64,000 nt of DNA, taken from the NCBI RefSeq assembly GCF_006345805.1, contig NC_043001.1, positions 67,642,001-67,706,000 of the forward strand, in the 5' to 3' direction. This stretch comes from Octopus sinensis (taxonomy: Eukaryota). Within the stretch, counting starts at the first letter, position 1, and each line of letters begins with the position of its first letter. The notes below the pieces were generated by a model, which was given only the letters and a program-made list of their open reading frames with translations, was not told the DNA's origin and made no database searches. Shown here in pieces: positions 25,201 to 38,700 of the stretch. A program made the position numbers and the translations under genes.

Positions 25201-28200
25201 TGCTATTTTCAGGATGTTGACAAAATGTGCAGTCACGCACAAAATATGCAGCTTTGAAATCATGTTTTTTTGACTGGGTGAAAATGATCAAACTTTAAAC
25301 CTCTATAACTTTTTAAAAACATTTTTCTGGAAAAAGTTGAATAACTCCAGCAATTTAGCTTGGAAAGGTACATTAATGTGCCAAATTTTAAATTTTCGAT
25401 AAACTTTAGTTTTTGAAATGCTGGCAGCCAAACAAACTAGATCTATATTGGCTCCAGTAAAGACATGTCATCTGACTCTGCTCTATTGACTTCTCTTTGA
25501 GAACACCACACTGCCTTTCTGATACCATCTGTAGAAATTCGTTTTCACATTTTCACTTTACTAATGCCTCCAGTCAAGAAAATTTGTTGACAGTATAGTA
25601 GTGATTATTTATCATTTGGATTTATTCACTCTCCTCAGAACTGTCAGTTACCAATGTGCTTCCTTTGCCATCAAACATTAACCAATGAAGCAATGAAACC
25701 ATCATGCTTGAAGTATCACTTTGATGCAAAGCATAGTGAGAAGGACAAGCCATTATACTTTTTGCAACTGAGCTCATTTTACAAAAACTAAATACACACT
25801 ACTCCAGGAAACTAGTAAACAGGAGAATGATGGGTCGATTGAGTATTGCTAAGTTTGGGAAGTTTCACACAATTGGAGAAACATTATTTCGCCCAGTTAT
25901 TGAAGAGATTTTGTCAACTGTTATGCACAAAAAACCTGATAACATTAGGAAGAAGATTCCATTTAGTAACACAATTTCTTGAAGCATTGATAAAACGGCC
26001 AACAATGTCAATATTCTCCAGCATTCTGAATTTTCTATACTATTGGATGAGTCAACTGTTGTGAACAATCAATGTTTGATGATAGTATATGTTCGGTATT
26101 TCAGCAGAGACCTTCAACTTTGTGAGGAAATGCTGTTTACAGAGAAATTGCTACTTGATTCAGGAGTTGCAACTATTTTTCACTCTTTCAAGTTTTTCCT
26201 TTTTGAACATAATATCCCACTCAGTAATATTCTTGCCTGTGCGTCTGATGATAGGAAGATACAGAGGTTTTTTTCTATCTCTCCTAAAGCGTGATATTTC
26301 CCACCAGATACTAACTGTTCATTGCTTGGAACACCGGCAGCATTTAGTGGCAAAAAATATGAACGGTAGGTTGAATGGTGCACTATAGTTAGTTATCAAG
26401 ATTGTGAACAAATTGAAGTCCAGTCCCTTGTCTGATTGAATTTTCCGTCAACTCTGTCTGAGAAATGAAGAGGACCATACTAAACTTTTACACCCTACTG
26501 AAGTGTGGTGGCTGTCAAAAGGAAACTGTGTTCTACACTTTGTTGAACTGTTTCATATAATCATATCTTTCTTTGAAGATACTGCACTATCCGCTTCATT
26601 GATGGCTGCAAGGTGTGATATCTCTTTTCTTTGTGATATATTCGCAAAATTAAATGATTTTTAATAAGTTATTGCAAGTAAACAGAAAGAACTCCTGTTG
26701 ACTGTAAATCATTTATCACTACTTTAATTTCGAAATTGGTATTGTATAAGACTAACTTTTCAAAATGCCAATTCCATCAACTTCCACAACTTGATTCTTT
26801 GAAAGATGAATTAGTTGATGAGGATTTAACTACATATCGCAACTATTTACAATCATTGCACAATAACATGGTGGAGTGATTTCAAGATGTTATTGCGGTG
26901 AATATTCCAAATTAGTATAGCAATCCATTTGAGGTTGATGCAGTTGATTGCAAGGATGATGTTCAGGAGGAATTGATAGAATTACAAAATGACAATGACA
27001 CCACAATGCGATATTGCTGTAATGGCAAAGGTTTGTGGTACCATCAGAGTATATTGAATTCCTACCCCAGTCTGTGAAAACATCTGAAATTACTTTTGCT
27101 TGCCTTCCCTACCTCATACCTGGTTGAATCTGGTTTTAATCATGTTGGAACTTTGCTTTCCCATAAAAGAATTGGACTGGGTGTGACACGAGGAGACTTT
27201 TGCCTAAAGTTGACAAGTTTGAAACCGAATGTATCTGCACTAGCTGCATTGCACCAGACACATGGTTCTCATTAAAAAGTTTTATTCTTTCTTTTATAAT
27301 ACAATCGTTATTTTTGCATCAGTAGTTCTGATCAAAAGTTCATTTGGGGAAAATGAAAATCAGTGTAAAGAAAGTGCAAGTTTCCCGAAGTTAATCTGTT
27401 TGAAAAATATAGAGTTAACATTGGAATTTTATTGACATTAATGGCAAAACTAAACCCACTATAAGGGATTTGTAAACAACCGCACATTTAGTACAAACAG
27501 CAATAACAGGTCAACGAGTCTTTGAAATAATGTGTGTGTCAAATGATATGGGGATGGGGTAGAGGATTTTGTGTTGGGAGGGGTTGTGCTAGGAGTTTTT
27601 TTGTTTTTTTTACACAGGTGAGCAATGGATCATTTCTTGGCTGATAGGTGGGTGATATTGCAATTTGGCATGAAAAGTTTGAGAAACACTGGGTTTGAGT
27701 ATCAGGCTCACAATCATGAGGTAGTGAGTTTGCTTCCTAGACTGGGCTGTGGTGTTGTGTTCTTGAGCAAGATACTTTATTTCACGTTGCTCCAGTTTAC
27801 TCAGCTGTAGAAATGAGTTGTGACGTCACTGATGCCAATATCTTGTCTCTAAATTATGCTTAATAAGAAATTATTTAATTAGATCCCAGTTAATTAGCTT
27901 ACTTGAAATCTAAACATAGATTATATATCTAGAGAAATTTAAGAGAAAAATTAGTATCCTTCTCAATTAGATGTTAAAAGTCACTAATTGTCAATCATCT
28001 TAAAAATACTTTCCCATACCAGTCACACTTCAGTAAATGTTATGATTTGTGAGAATAAATAAGAAACTTACAAATCCATAAAGATTATATTGCTACAATA
28101 TTTGTGGCAATATGTAATGCTTAAAGGAATGAGAAAAAAACAATTGTATCATCATATGTCCATTTTACATGCCACCATGAGTTGGACAACAGGTCAGAAG

Positions 28201-31200
28201 ACCACCCTTTGCTCTAATGTTTCAGTTCTGACACCACTTCTACAAATGGACACCCTAACACCAACAATTTTAAAGAGTCTTCTCAATGTTGCACTGACTG
28301 CTTGATTCAATAACCACTTTACAGCGTACTGAGCACTTTTTATGAGGTACCAGCAAGTCCCCATGACCTAACTGCATATCTGTAACATTTGAAGGGGAGG
28401 GCTATACTGGATTAAGCATTTAAACTGTTACAACATTGGAAAGAGAACTGTAACAATTGCTCAGGATATAAAATTCTATTCAATATTTAGACACTTAATC
28501 TCTGTTCCATGGAAGCCTTCTAGCTTCATGGTACTCAAAATGACTTGATAATGTTGTGTGATGTTGACTAAAACTATTGAGAACAACTACACTGATGCTT
28601 GCTTTTCTTGTGAAGTGGTTCTTGTCTATGTTTTTAAACTCCACTAACACAGCGTGTTTGAAATCTTACCATCAGTTGGAGCATCAGGCAGGTCAATGTC
28701 GACAGACTTTGTCTTCCGTTTCTTAGGAGAAGAAGCTTCATCAGAAAATTCTTTGTCTTTTGGGTCTTTCATTGTATCTTCTGGACCCTAGAAAAGGAAA
28801 AAAAAAACAGAAGGATTTCAGAAATAAGTGAAGAAATATTGTCCAAGGTTAAATTCTCAATAAAATATTGTCCAAGGTTAAATTCTCAGTAAAATTAGTG
28901 TGTCTCACATTTCCCACAAAATGACAATGTACTGTCTCTTCTGGTTTAGTTTGCAGCTTCTATCTCTTGTATTTTTGTGTATGTATATAAGTGCAAACAT
29001 ACATAAAAATATATGACTGAATATGACAACAATATTATCTGCCTATCTGTGTGTCTGTCTCTCTCTCTACACACACAAACATATATATATTTCTCAACAT
29101 GATTATTAAAAACATTTAGTTAACTTATTGAGCTACCACTTTTGTAAACAAGAAATTTCACTTGAGTAAGCAGATAGGCTGAGAGACACCTTCGAGAAGA
29201 ACAAAGCAGAAATTGTTGGACTGCAAGAGAACAAGTGTCTGTTCTGACACATGATAATGCAAAGTTTGGTTTATGCTGGGCATAAAACAATGGGTCATGC
29301 ACTAGTTAATGATAAATATGTCTCATTAGATAATTTATCATCCACATTGTTTTAATGTCCACTTTTCCATGCTCATGTTGGTTGGATGAATTTATTGAGG
29401 TGGATGTTTTATGGCTGGCTGCTCTTCCTATCATCAACTCTTGCCTGTTTCCAAGTGAGGTAATATTTTCCAATGGTCAGCATGTTTTCACATAATACTG
29501 GACACAAAGGACACCACCTGTATGACGGTGACACTTGTTTACAACTATCAAGCAATGTTAAGGAGACAGTAACGAACACAAACACACACACAGACTGGCT
29601 CCACATAGTTTCCGTCCACCAAATTCACTCAGAAGATATTGGTTGACCCAAAGCTATTGAAGACACTTGCCCAACATGCCACTCAGCATGACTGAACATT
29701 TCATTAACAATTATTGATTAGACACTTCTCATTAGACAGCTAAATAACAATTATGGCTAAATACCTCTTATTAGACAGCTATTTAACACTTATTAGACAT
29801 CTCAGACAGTTGTCTAATTTATTAGAGGTAATTATCAATATTTTTCTAATTAGCTAATAAACAAATATTGGCAAATATCTCTACTCACCAGACAGCTAAT
29901 TAACAATTATTGATTAAATATATCCCAATAGATAGCTAATTGCCAATTACTGATTAAATCAATTAGGCAGTTTATAAATGATTATTGAAAAATATCTCTC
30001 ATTCAAGAGCTAACTGACAATAGATTAAATACCTCAATCATCAGACAGCAAATTAACAATTATTAAATACCTTCTTTCATTAAAAAATTTCAAGTAAATT
30101 ACACTTGAATGAAATAAATAAACTTAATTGATAAAGGAAGTTGTCAATCTTTACTCTAATTTATCATGGTTAGTTGTCAATGGTTTAGATATAAATATAA
30201 CAATACCTTGTTTACATAAGAATTTAGTGACTTTGAAAGATCTGAAATGATTCTGTGAGAGGGGGTTAGTAGTGGAACTTAAATCAGATAAAGCTATAAA
30301 TAACAGCATGTAAATATTGGGTTAAAAAAAAACCCTTTGGATGGAAAAAGTTGAAAGCTGTCCCTGTTGTGGATGTAGTGATTTCAAGTTCAGTCTCACT
30401 GTGAACTACCTTAGCCCAGGGCCAATAATGCTTTGTGGGTGATTTTTGTAGATGGAAACTGCATAAAATCATATGTGTGCAGAAGTGTGTGTGTATATAC
30501 ATATATATATCAGGTTATCTAATAAGTTATGTTTGGACTTCCATATTTTCAATTTGTAAACGCTTTAACAGTATTTTAGAATGTCTAATGGCATCAAGTA
30601 GTCATCATCATTTAACGTCTGCTTTCCATGCTAGCATGGGTTGGACGATTTTGAATGAGGGCTGGCAACCAGATGGCCGCACCAGGCTCCACTCTTGATC
30701 TGGCAGAGTTTCTACAGCTGGATGCTCTTCCCAACGCCAACTACTCCAAGAGTGTAGTGGGTGCTTTTTATGTGCCACCTGCACAGGAGCCAGTCAGGCA
30801 GTACTGGCAATGACCTCGCTCGAATCTTTTTACATGTGCCAGTGAAGCAATGTTGGTAACGATCACACTCGAATGGTGCCCTTTTACGTGCCATGGGTAC
30901 AGAAGCCAGTTGGCTGCTCTGGCAACGATCACGCTCAGATGGTGTTCTTGGCACCCTACTAGCACAGGCATAGGTGCCAGTAAGGCGACGCTGGTAACGA
31001 TCATACCCGAATAGCCACTCTGTCAACGATCACACTCGTATGGTGCTCTTTGCACCCCACTAGCATGGATGCCAGTCATTGAAATGATTTTGATCTCACT
31101 TGCCTCAACAGGTCTTCGCAAGCAAAGTTTAGTGACCAAAGAAGGAAAAGCTACGCATAAGCGGGCTGGTTATACTCCTGGCATAGGCCACGGGTTATGG

Positions 31201-32724
31201 TTTCATCTGGCTTGCCGGGTCTTCAAGCACAGCATATTTCCACAAGTCTCGGTCGCTAGTCATTTCCTTGGTGAGGCCTAATGCTCGAAGATCTGCTTCA
31301 CCACTTCATCCCAGGTCTTCCTGGGTCCACCTCTTCCACAGGTTCCCTCAACTGCTAGGGTGTGGCACTTTTTCACACAGCTATCCTCATCCATTCTCAC
31401 CACATGACCATACCAGCGCAGTCGTCTCTCTTGCACACCACATCTAATGCTTCTTAATGTATTTGGACATATTTAAACTAATTAAATTTCATTTTGCAGG
31501 ATAATCTAATTGAAATTTCACTAATTATAGCTCTTCAAACATGGAAGTGTCTAAGGAGCACTTGAGGCACATAATGCTTTGAGTTTAAAAAAAGAACTCT
31601 GCTGCTGAAGCGACTCAAAATATTCACTCATCTATGAAAAAGAGTGCCTGAATGAATGAACTTGTGGAAGATAGTTTGCAAAATTCAGAAGTGGCGATTT
31701 CAGCCTTGAAAATAAGGCCCAAACAGGACATCCAATTGAGTTTGAAGACAAACTCCTTTTGGCAGAACTTGAAAAAGATCATGCAGTTTCAGTTGAAGAA
31801 TTGGCAAGCCATACAACTGTTCACAGTTTCATAGCATGGAAAGGTGCCAAAACTCTGAAAATGGGTGCCTCATGATTTGTCTGAAGCCAACTGCAAATCT
31901 CTTCATTCTCTTGAACTCATCTCACCCCTTTGGACAGACCAGTGATGAAAAATGGGTCTTCTATTAAAATGTTAAGTGTCATAGACATTGGTTTAGTGAT
32001 GGGGAAAAGGCCCAACCACAACATGCAAAGAAGGTTCTTCTCTCTGTTTGGGGGAACTGCAAAGGAGTCATCCACTTTCAGTTACTACCAACTAATGTAA
32101 TAATCAATGCTCAAATCTACTGTCAGTAATTAGAGTGTTTGAATGCTGCTTTGAAGAAGAAAAAAAGCCTGCTTTAGTCAATCAAAAGAAGGTGGTGTTT
32201 CATCAGGACAATGCAAACATCCTACACTGCAAAGATCACATCACAGAAGATCAAGGAACTTGGTTGGAAGAAAACTGCTCACCCGCCTTCAGATTACCAT
32301 TTGCTCTGTAGTTTCCAGAATCATTTGGATAGATTAACTCTTGAAACAACAGAGGAAGTTGAAGAGTTTTTCATTAATGGGATTAAAAAGCTTACAAATA
32401 TATGGAAAGATGTCAATCATGGAAACTATTTTGATCATTAAGTTTCATTAAATTGTTCTCCTTATTCGAAATTTGGACATTACTTATGGGATGACCTTAT
32501 ATATATGTATAACAACACAAAGATGCAGCACAAAGTTTTGTCAGTGAACAGGTCGTGGTCTCAAAGCGACGAAAACATTTTGACAAATTAAATTTAAATG
32601 TTGAAGTGAATCTAACGGTTTTGTGTGTTTCTTAAATGGCTTATAAACACCTTCCACACTGCAATTGTTTTCGTTCCAGCACACAATCTCAGATCAAGTC
32701 ACTCGCTATGCAAGTACATCTCCG

Positions 32725-32777
<53 letters not shown>

Positions 32778-35700
32778 CATACATACACACAGACAAGTTT
32801 GCTCTAGCATCCTATCACTACCTTCCTTCTATCTGCTTTAACCATGTGTAACCTCTATAGTAAAACATCGGGGCAACTGGATTGAAACCACCCACTTCCA
32901 CCTTCGCATCCCAAATAATTTATCCTATTAGTAGGAGCTTTTTTCCTTTCTTTTCCCCTGGTTCTTTTCTGTCTTGTAAGTTACACAGCAATATCACTAG
33001 CGTTGACGTCATGTAAAAAGCACCCAAGGCTCTCAGTAAAGAGGTTAGTATTAGGAAGGACATCCAGCCATAGAAATCACGTCAAAGATGATGTAGGAGA
33101 TGGGTTTAGCCCTGTAGCTTGCAGATTTTCAGGCCAACCATCCAACCCATGCCAGCATGGAAAGCAGATGTTGTATGATGATGATGACATACATATATGC
33201 CAGCTCAGGAAAATGGACATTGAAAAAATGTGTGTGAATGTTTATATTCTGTGCTTTGCATGAAAATGCAGGGCTACAAATAGTGACATTTGCAGCCAAT
33301 TTCATCAATAAGTCACCCATTAGCTCAGCATTTGAAAAACATCAATGGAATAAAAAGTCCCTTCCTTGTAAAACAAGTGACAGTAAAAGTGACTGTAAAA
33401 GGATGCTTCAACTGATGTTATAATATATCTTATTAAACCATAAAATATTTCTTTCCTATAGATATATCAACTGCAACCAAACATTGATATATCCTATAAA
33501 TATATCAACTGCAACTAGGTCAGGCTATGAAATGTAATGGTGGTGATAGTAGCAGTAGTAGTGGTGTTGGTGGTAGTAGCAATAACATCAGTGGTGCTAA
33601 TGTTAATAGCAATATTAAAGATGTTGTTTACATTGGCAGAACACCACAAGTAAAAGAACAGTAGAAAGCTGGTATTTACTTAATTGACCCTGGGATAAGA
33701 GGATAAGTTGACCCAAATGGGAAGGAGGTGATTATAATGGTGACATAATGTTTAATAAGGAACACCTACCATTTCTGATCCTAACGGCCATCCTTCTTCA
33801 GGATCATCAATTTCTGGCGAGACAGGAAGGTACATTAAAGCATTTTCATCTTCAGCTTCTTCATCGCTGAAAAAAAAAAAAAAAATTATTAGTAGTACTA
33901 GTAGTATTACATATCTGAACTTATCACTTGCTCCACCCAACTGATATTCACTAATGACAACATCTCTATCTACATTCATCATTCACTGCATTCACCTCTA
34001 TTCTCATTTGTAACCATTTGTCACCCTCACCCTCTTGCAAACTTTCCCATCCATCCTTGACCCTCTGTCCTTATTCTTTCTCATATTCACCTTTCTGTAC
34101 GTTGTGGCTATGTCCTGACACTTCATCACCATCATCTTTCTTGCTTTCCAGCTGGGATAACCATGTATTTCCTCTACAGCAAAGCACATGATTTTGTTCC
34201 TCTACTATACTTTTAACTCTTTAGCATTTAAACTGACCATATCTGGCCCAAATATTCTAAACCAGCCAGATGAGGCCTCTCATACCCACCCGTAATGTTA
34301 TTCTAAAAATAAACAATCACACCATCAAAATCTTCGAAGTACACGATAATGCATGATTAATTCAAAACAATGTGAAAAAATAAGCATTACATTTGACAGA
34401 ATAATCTGAATGCTAAACAGTTAAGCTTTTTACCACCTGGCATAGGATTCTGCCCTCAATACTGCACCCAATTGCACTCAGTTGATGTGTTTTGTCTTAC
34501 AAATTACTTGATGACCTCAGCAGAACTAGTGCCATGAAAGAAAAGGCATTCAGTACACTGTAGATCAGTTGGTGCGAGGAAGGACATCTAACCAGGCAAA
34601 GTAGACAACAGAGCTCAATGCAGTCTTCTGGCTTATCAGATCATACTATTCTAAACAACACCTGCCAGCATGGAAGATGTATGTTAAATGATTATTTTTA
34701 TGATTATTATTATTATTAAGGCAGTGAACTAGAAGAATTGCTAGCACACCAGGCAAAATGCTTAGCAGCATTTCATCTGTCTACACTGAGTTCAAATTCT
34801 GCCAATGTTGATTTTGCCTTTCATCCTTTTGGGGTTGATAAAATAAGTACCAGCCAAGCACTGAGAGTTGATGTAATCAACTTGCTCCTTTCCCAAAATC
34901 TCAGGCATCGTGCCTGTAGTTGAAAGGATTATTATTATCATCATCACGACCATCAACAATCTATAATAGGGCACCTTTGACTCTGCGCAAATACACACTT
35001 TTATTCCAGATTTTGCAGGATTCATTGATAACAAATATATATTTTTATGGTTTTAAGCAAATACTTTGTCTAAAATGAACCAGAATGCCAAATGGCACCA
35101 GACAGACATTTTTATCAATATACATATATAGGCATGGCTGAGTGGTTAAGAAGTTTGCTTCCCAAACACATGGTTTCAGATTCAGTCCCATTGTGTGGCA
35201 CCTTGTCTTCTACTTTTCTCCAAATTGAATAAAGCCTTCCGAGTTAATTTAGTAGACAGAAACTGAAAGAGTTCTGTCGTGTGTGTGTGTGCGTGTATGC
35301 ATACACCTTAACATTGCTTGGTGGTTGTAAATGAGCATCACCATCATAAAAGCAGTGACTGGCCATAGGGAAATATTACCTTATTTGAAAACAGGTGAAG
35401 ACTGGTGGCAGGAGGGGCATCTAGCCATAAAAAAAAACCTGCCTCAACAAATTCTGTCTGACCAATGCAACCAAGGAAAAGCAGACATTAAAAGGATGAT
35501 TATCTTCCTTTTATTGTCCTCTTTTTGACTGAGTCAGATGAAACTTTTGTTGAGGCAGAAATGGAATAAGACATAAGGGATAGAATCAGATAATCAATTA
35601 TGGCTACATGTATAAGAAAATAGTTGGTTACAAGAACAAATTAGGAACAGTGAGCTGACTTACCTACTGACAAAGGCTCGAATTGGTTCAATACTGGTTA

Positions 35701-38700
35701 CATCAACTTCTTCATCTTCTTCATCAGGTCCTTTAAAGAGGAAAAGACAAAGATTGGTAAATGACTAACCCTAAACTTGGCCATCTTAAAACAAGTGTGT
35801 ATGTATATACACTCATTTAGTATATACACTCATTTGCATAGTTTAGTTAGATTTACACGTCAGGCACAAAGTGAGAGTCTGGTTGATGTTAAGTATAAGA
35901 ATATTGTTTTCACAAAATTTCTCAAGTATGAAAGTTACTGAAGAATGACATAAGGGAGTAGGTCTCCAATAGATGTGTTTTCATGTGGGGGTTGAGGAAG
36001 GGAGGATCTGACAAGTTGGAGTAGGTTAATATTAATGACTGTTTCCTTCAGTTTTGAGACGTTAGGCAGCATGATAGGTCACTAATTGGGGAGGTCAGAG
36101 GTTCATATTAGTAAAGAGAATATGTTATAAGGGAGAACTAATTAGTAATTTATTAAACTCTTCATTTCCTATCAGATATAGTACCACACAGAATTGCATT
36201 GGTGAGCCAGTCCAGAAACACAACTATCACAAGAACTAAGTTTGTTTACATGCATTTAAAAAATAATAAAAATAATGAGCTTATGGTATACAAGGCTCGA
36301 GTACATTCTGTCTTATCAGAAAAAGTTTAAAAGAGGGAACAAAAAGCAGACATAAATCAAGTAAAGAAAAACAATGAAAGTTATAAGTACATGCAAATGA
36401 TATAGAATAAAACACAAATGACAGAAAAGTAAACATTAAAAGTTATAAAGAGGAAACAATTCATAGGTATGACTAGAGTAGTATTAGTGAACCATGGAAT
36501 CTTTGGCGGATCAGTGTCATGACAGCTAACAACTAACATGTGTAGTTTATTTTATGCTTCAATAATTCTGAATATGAAAAAAACGTTTCCAAATATCATC
36601 AGTGGTGAAATGTTATCACGTTTTTGAAAGCATGTTCACAAGCAGTGAAAATATTGAACTCAAAAAAGTGGTCAAAGTTGTGGGAAGTATGTTGGATAAT
36701 ATTGTGAGCTTCTATCAAGTTGTTGCTAGATGTTGAGACTTTAGTGTTTCAATGACCAGAGAACTAAGACACTTTAAGATATGGTGACTGATAGGTGTCT
36801 GGTTGCAGGTCTCTAGATAGCTTCCAGTAGATTGATATTTTCCAACAAGAGGGGAGTTCTAGACTAGAAATGCAAACTAACTGTAAAATTATCACAGCCT
36901 TATATAGCTTTAAACTGAAAGCTGGTGTGTGGCTGACAAAGGTGTTACTAATTGATGCTAAGACAACTTCAGCCTTTTGAAGACAGTCACACTTTAATGT
37001 AAGGGAGAAAACTAATTCTCTTCTATCATTTATTTCTCTTCTGTAATAGAATGCAAGATTGGGTTTTCGTCATAGAGAATGTTCAAGGAGTTAGTTACCT
37101 TTCGTTTCTTCTTTCTCTTTATCTTCATCCTCAATGTCAAACTCAGATTCTCGTTCCTCATATTCAACATTTTCATCTAATTCCTTAAAATCGGGAGCAA
37201 ATGCACTCCAGTTTTCCTGAAACATTTATTTTAACAATAATTATTAGTTTTAAATTTAAGCACAAGGCCAGTAATTTTAGGGAGGTAGTAAATCGATTAC
37301 GTTGATTGCAGTGCTCCACTGGTACTTATTTTATTGACCCCGAAAGGATGAAAGGCAAAGTGAACCCTGGAGGAATTTAAACTCAAAATGTAAAGATGAA
37401 TGAAATGCTACTAAGCATTTTACCCAGAGAGTCACCCACAAAAGTCACCCTTAGCCAACAAAAATCAGATTTTTTCTTTAAACATGAAAATTTAATTTCT
37501 GAAAGTTTAAAATTTGTTTTCCTTTACTTTGTAACTAACAATTACAGCTAGGTTTTTGTTTTCTTTCTTGAACAAACAGGAAGAGAAATTTCAATTTGTT
37601 CAGAATTCATTGCATACAGCAACAGGGAAACATTCATTGCATACATCAGCATCTACCAGAATTAAATATATGCTATTGACACCCATGAGTTACTTCCTAG
37701 CTCAATTTTCTTAATAGAACTGGCTATTAAAGTAGTCTATCAGCAGTTTTGTTGACTTGACCATACCTGGATGCCCTTCTTGAAGCTAACTTTTCAACTG
37801 AGGACCTCTTACCTTACACAGCTTCAAAGGCTGTGATTTGTTGGCTGACAACACTGTGTGTAGATAGATACATGTTTATATCTGAAATTGCTTGTACAAA
37901 AGTATTGGAGGCACACACATCAATCTCCTTACAAAGCTTTGGTTGGCCTTGGCCAATAGTAAACAGGTGGCCAAAGTACTACATGGTGGGACTGAACTTC
38001 AAACCATGTGGTTGAAAACCAAAACTTCTCACCCACACAGCAATGACAACACCTAGATAATACATACACATATAAATAACGGACTTCTAAGTGATCTGAA
38101 TTTTCCCAGTGATCGTTGACATTTACTTACCACTTGATTTTGGGCCCACACTGACACAACTCCACTTGAGATGGAAGCTATGATTGGACGTACAGGATGC
38201 CACTGTAAGTATAATTAATTCATAATCAACAAGCATTAAAAATAAACCATCTGACAATATCCATAACAAAATACAATGCCAATGTGTTTCCAATTCATTT
38301 CTAAACAAATCAACAATTTGGAAGAATTTAGTGAAATGAATTTATATAAAAATTGTTTTGTAAAATTGTTACCAACCCTCTTTTAACCATTACTTTAAGG
38401 TTCCTTTACACTAAACATTATTGCACTAACTTTCCCTTAAGTTAGCAATCCACTTCACCCTGGCTAAACAAAATTTTTAAAATCCTTATTTTCAAGTTGT
38501 TATGAAATGTTTGAGGCACTGCCCTATCTCAGATTTAATGAGAAAATTGTTTGTTTCCTTTATGAAGGGAAACAATGCAAACATTTTTCTAGTTTTAAAC
38601 TAAGCAGAATCAGTAACAAAGTGGTAGCAAGTTGGTTGTTTGAAATATATATAATATATACAATAAATTAGATCGACTTCTACAGTTTCCATCTCTCCAA

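Noticed and set aside
32540-32580. Hammerhead-ribozyme-like stem followed by GAAA (gtcg...cgac gaaa)
   Set aside because: The required CUGANGA core is absent (cagtgaacag). An Infernal search with hammerhead models would be needed, and I expect no hit.
33440-35835. Small tandem duplications (~36 bp at 33452-33515; 17 bp at 35804-35836)
   Set aside because: Real but ordinary slippage products in introns, with no further structure.
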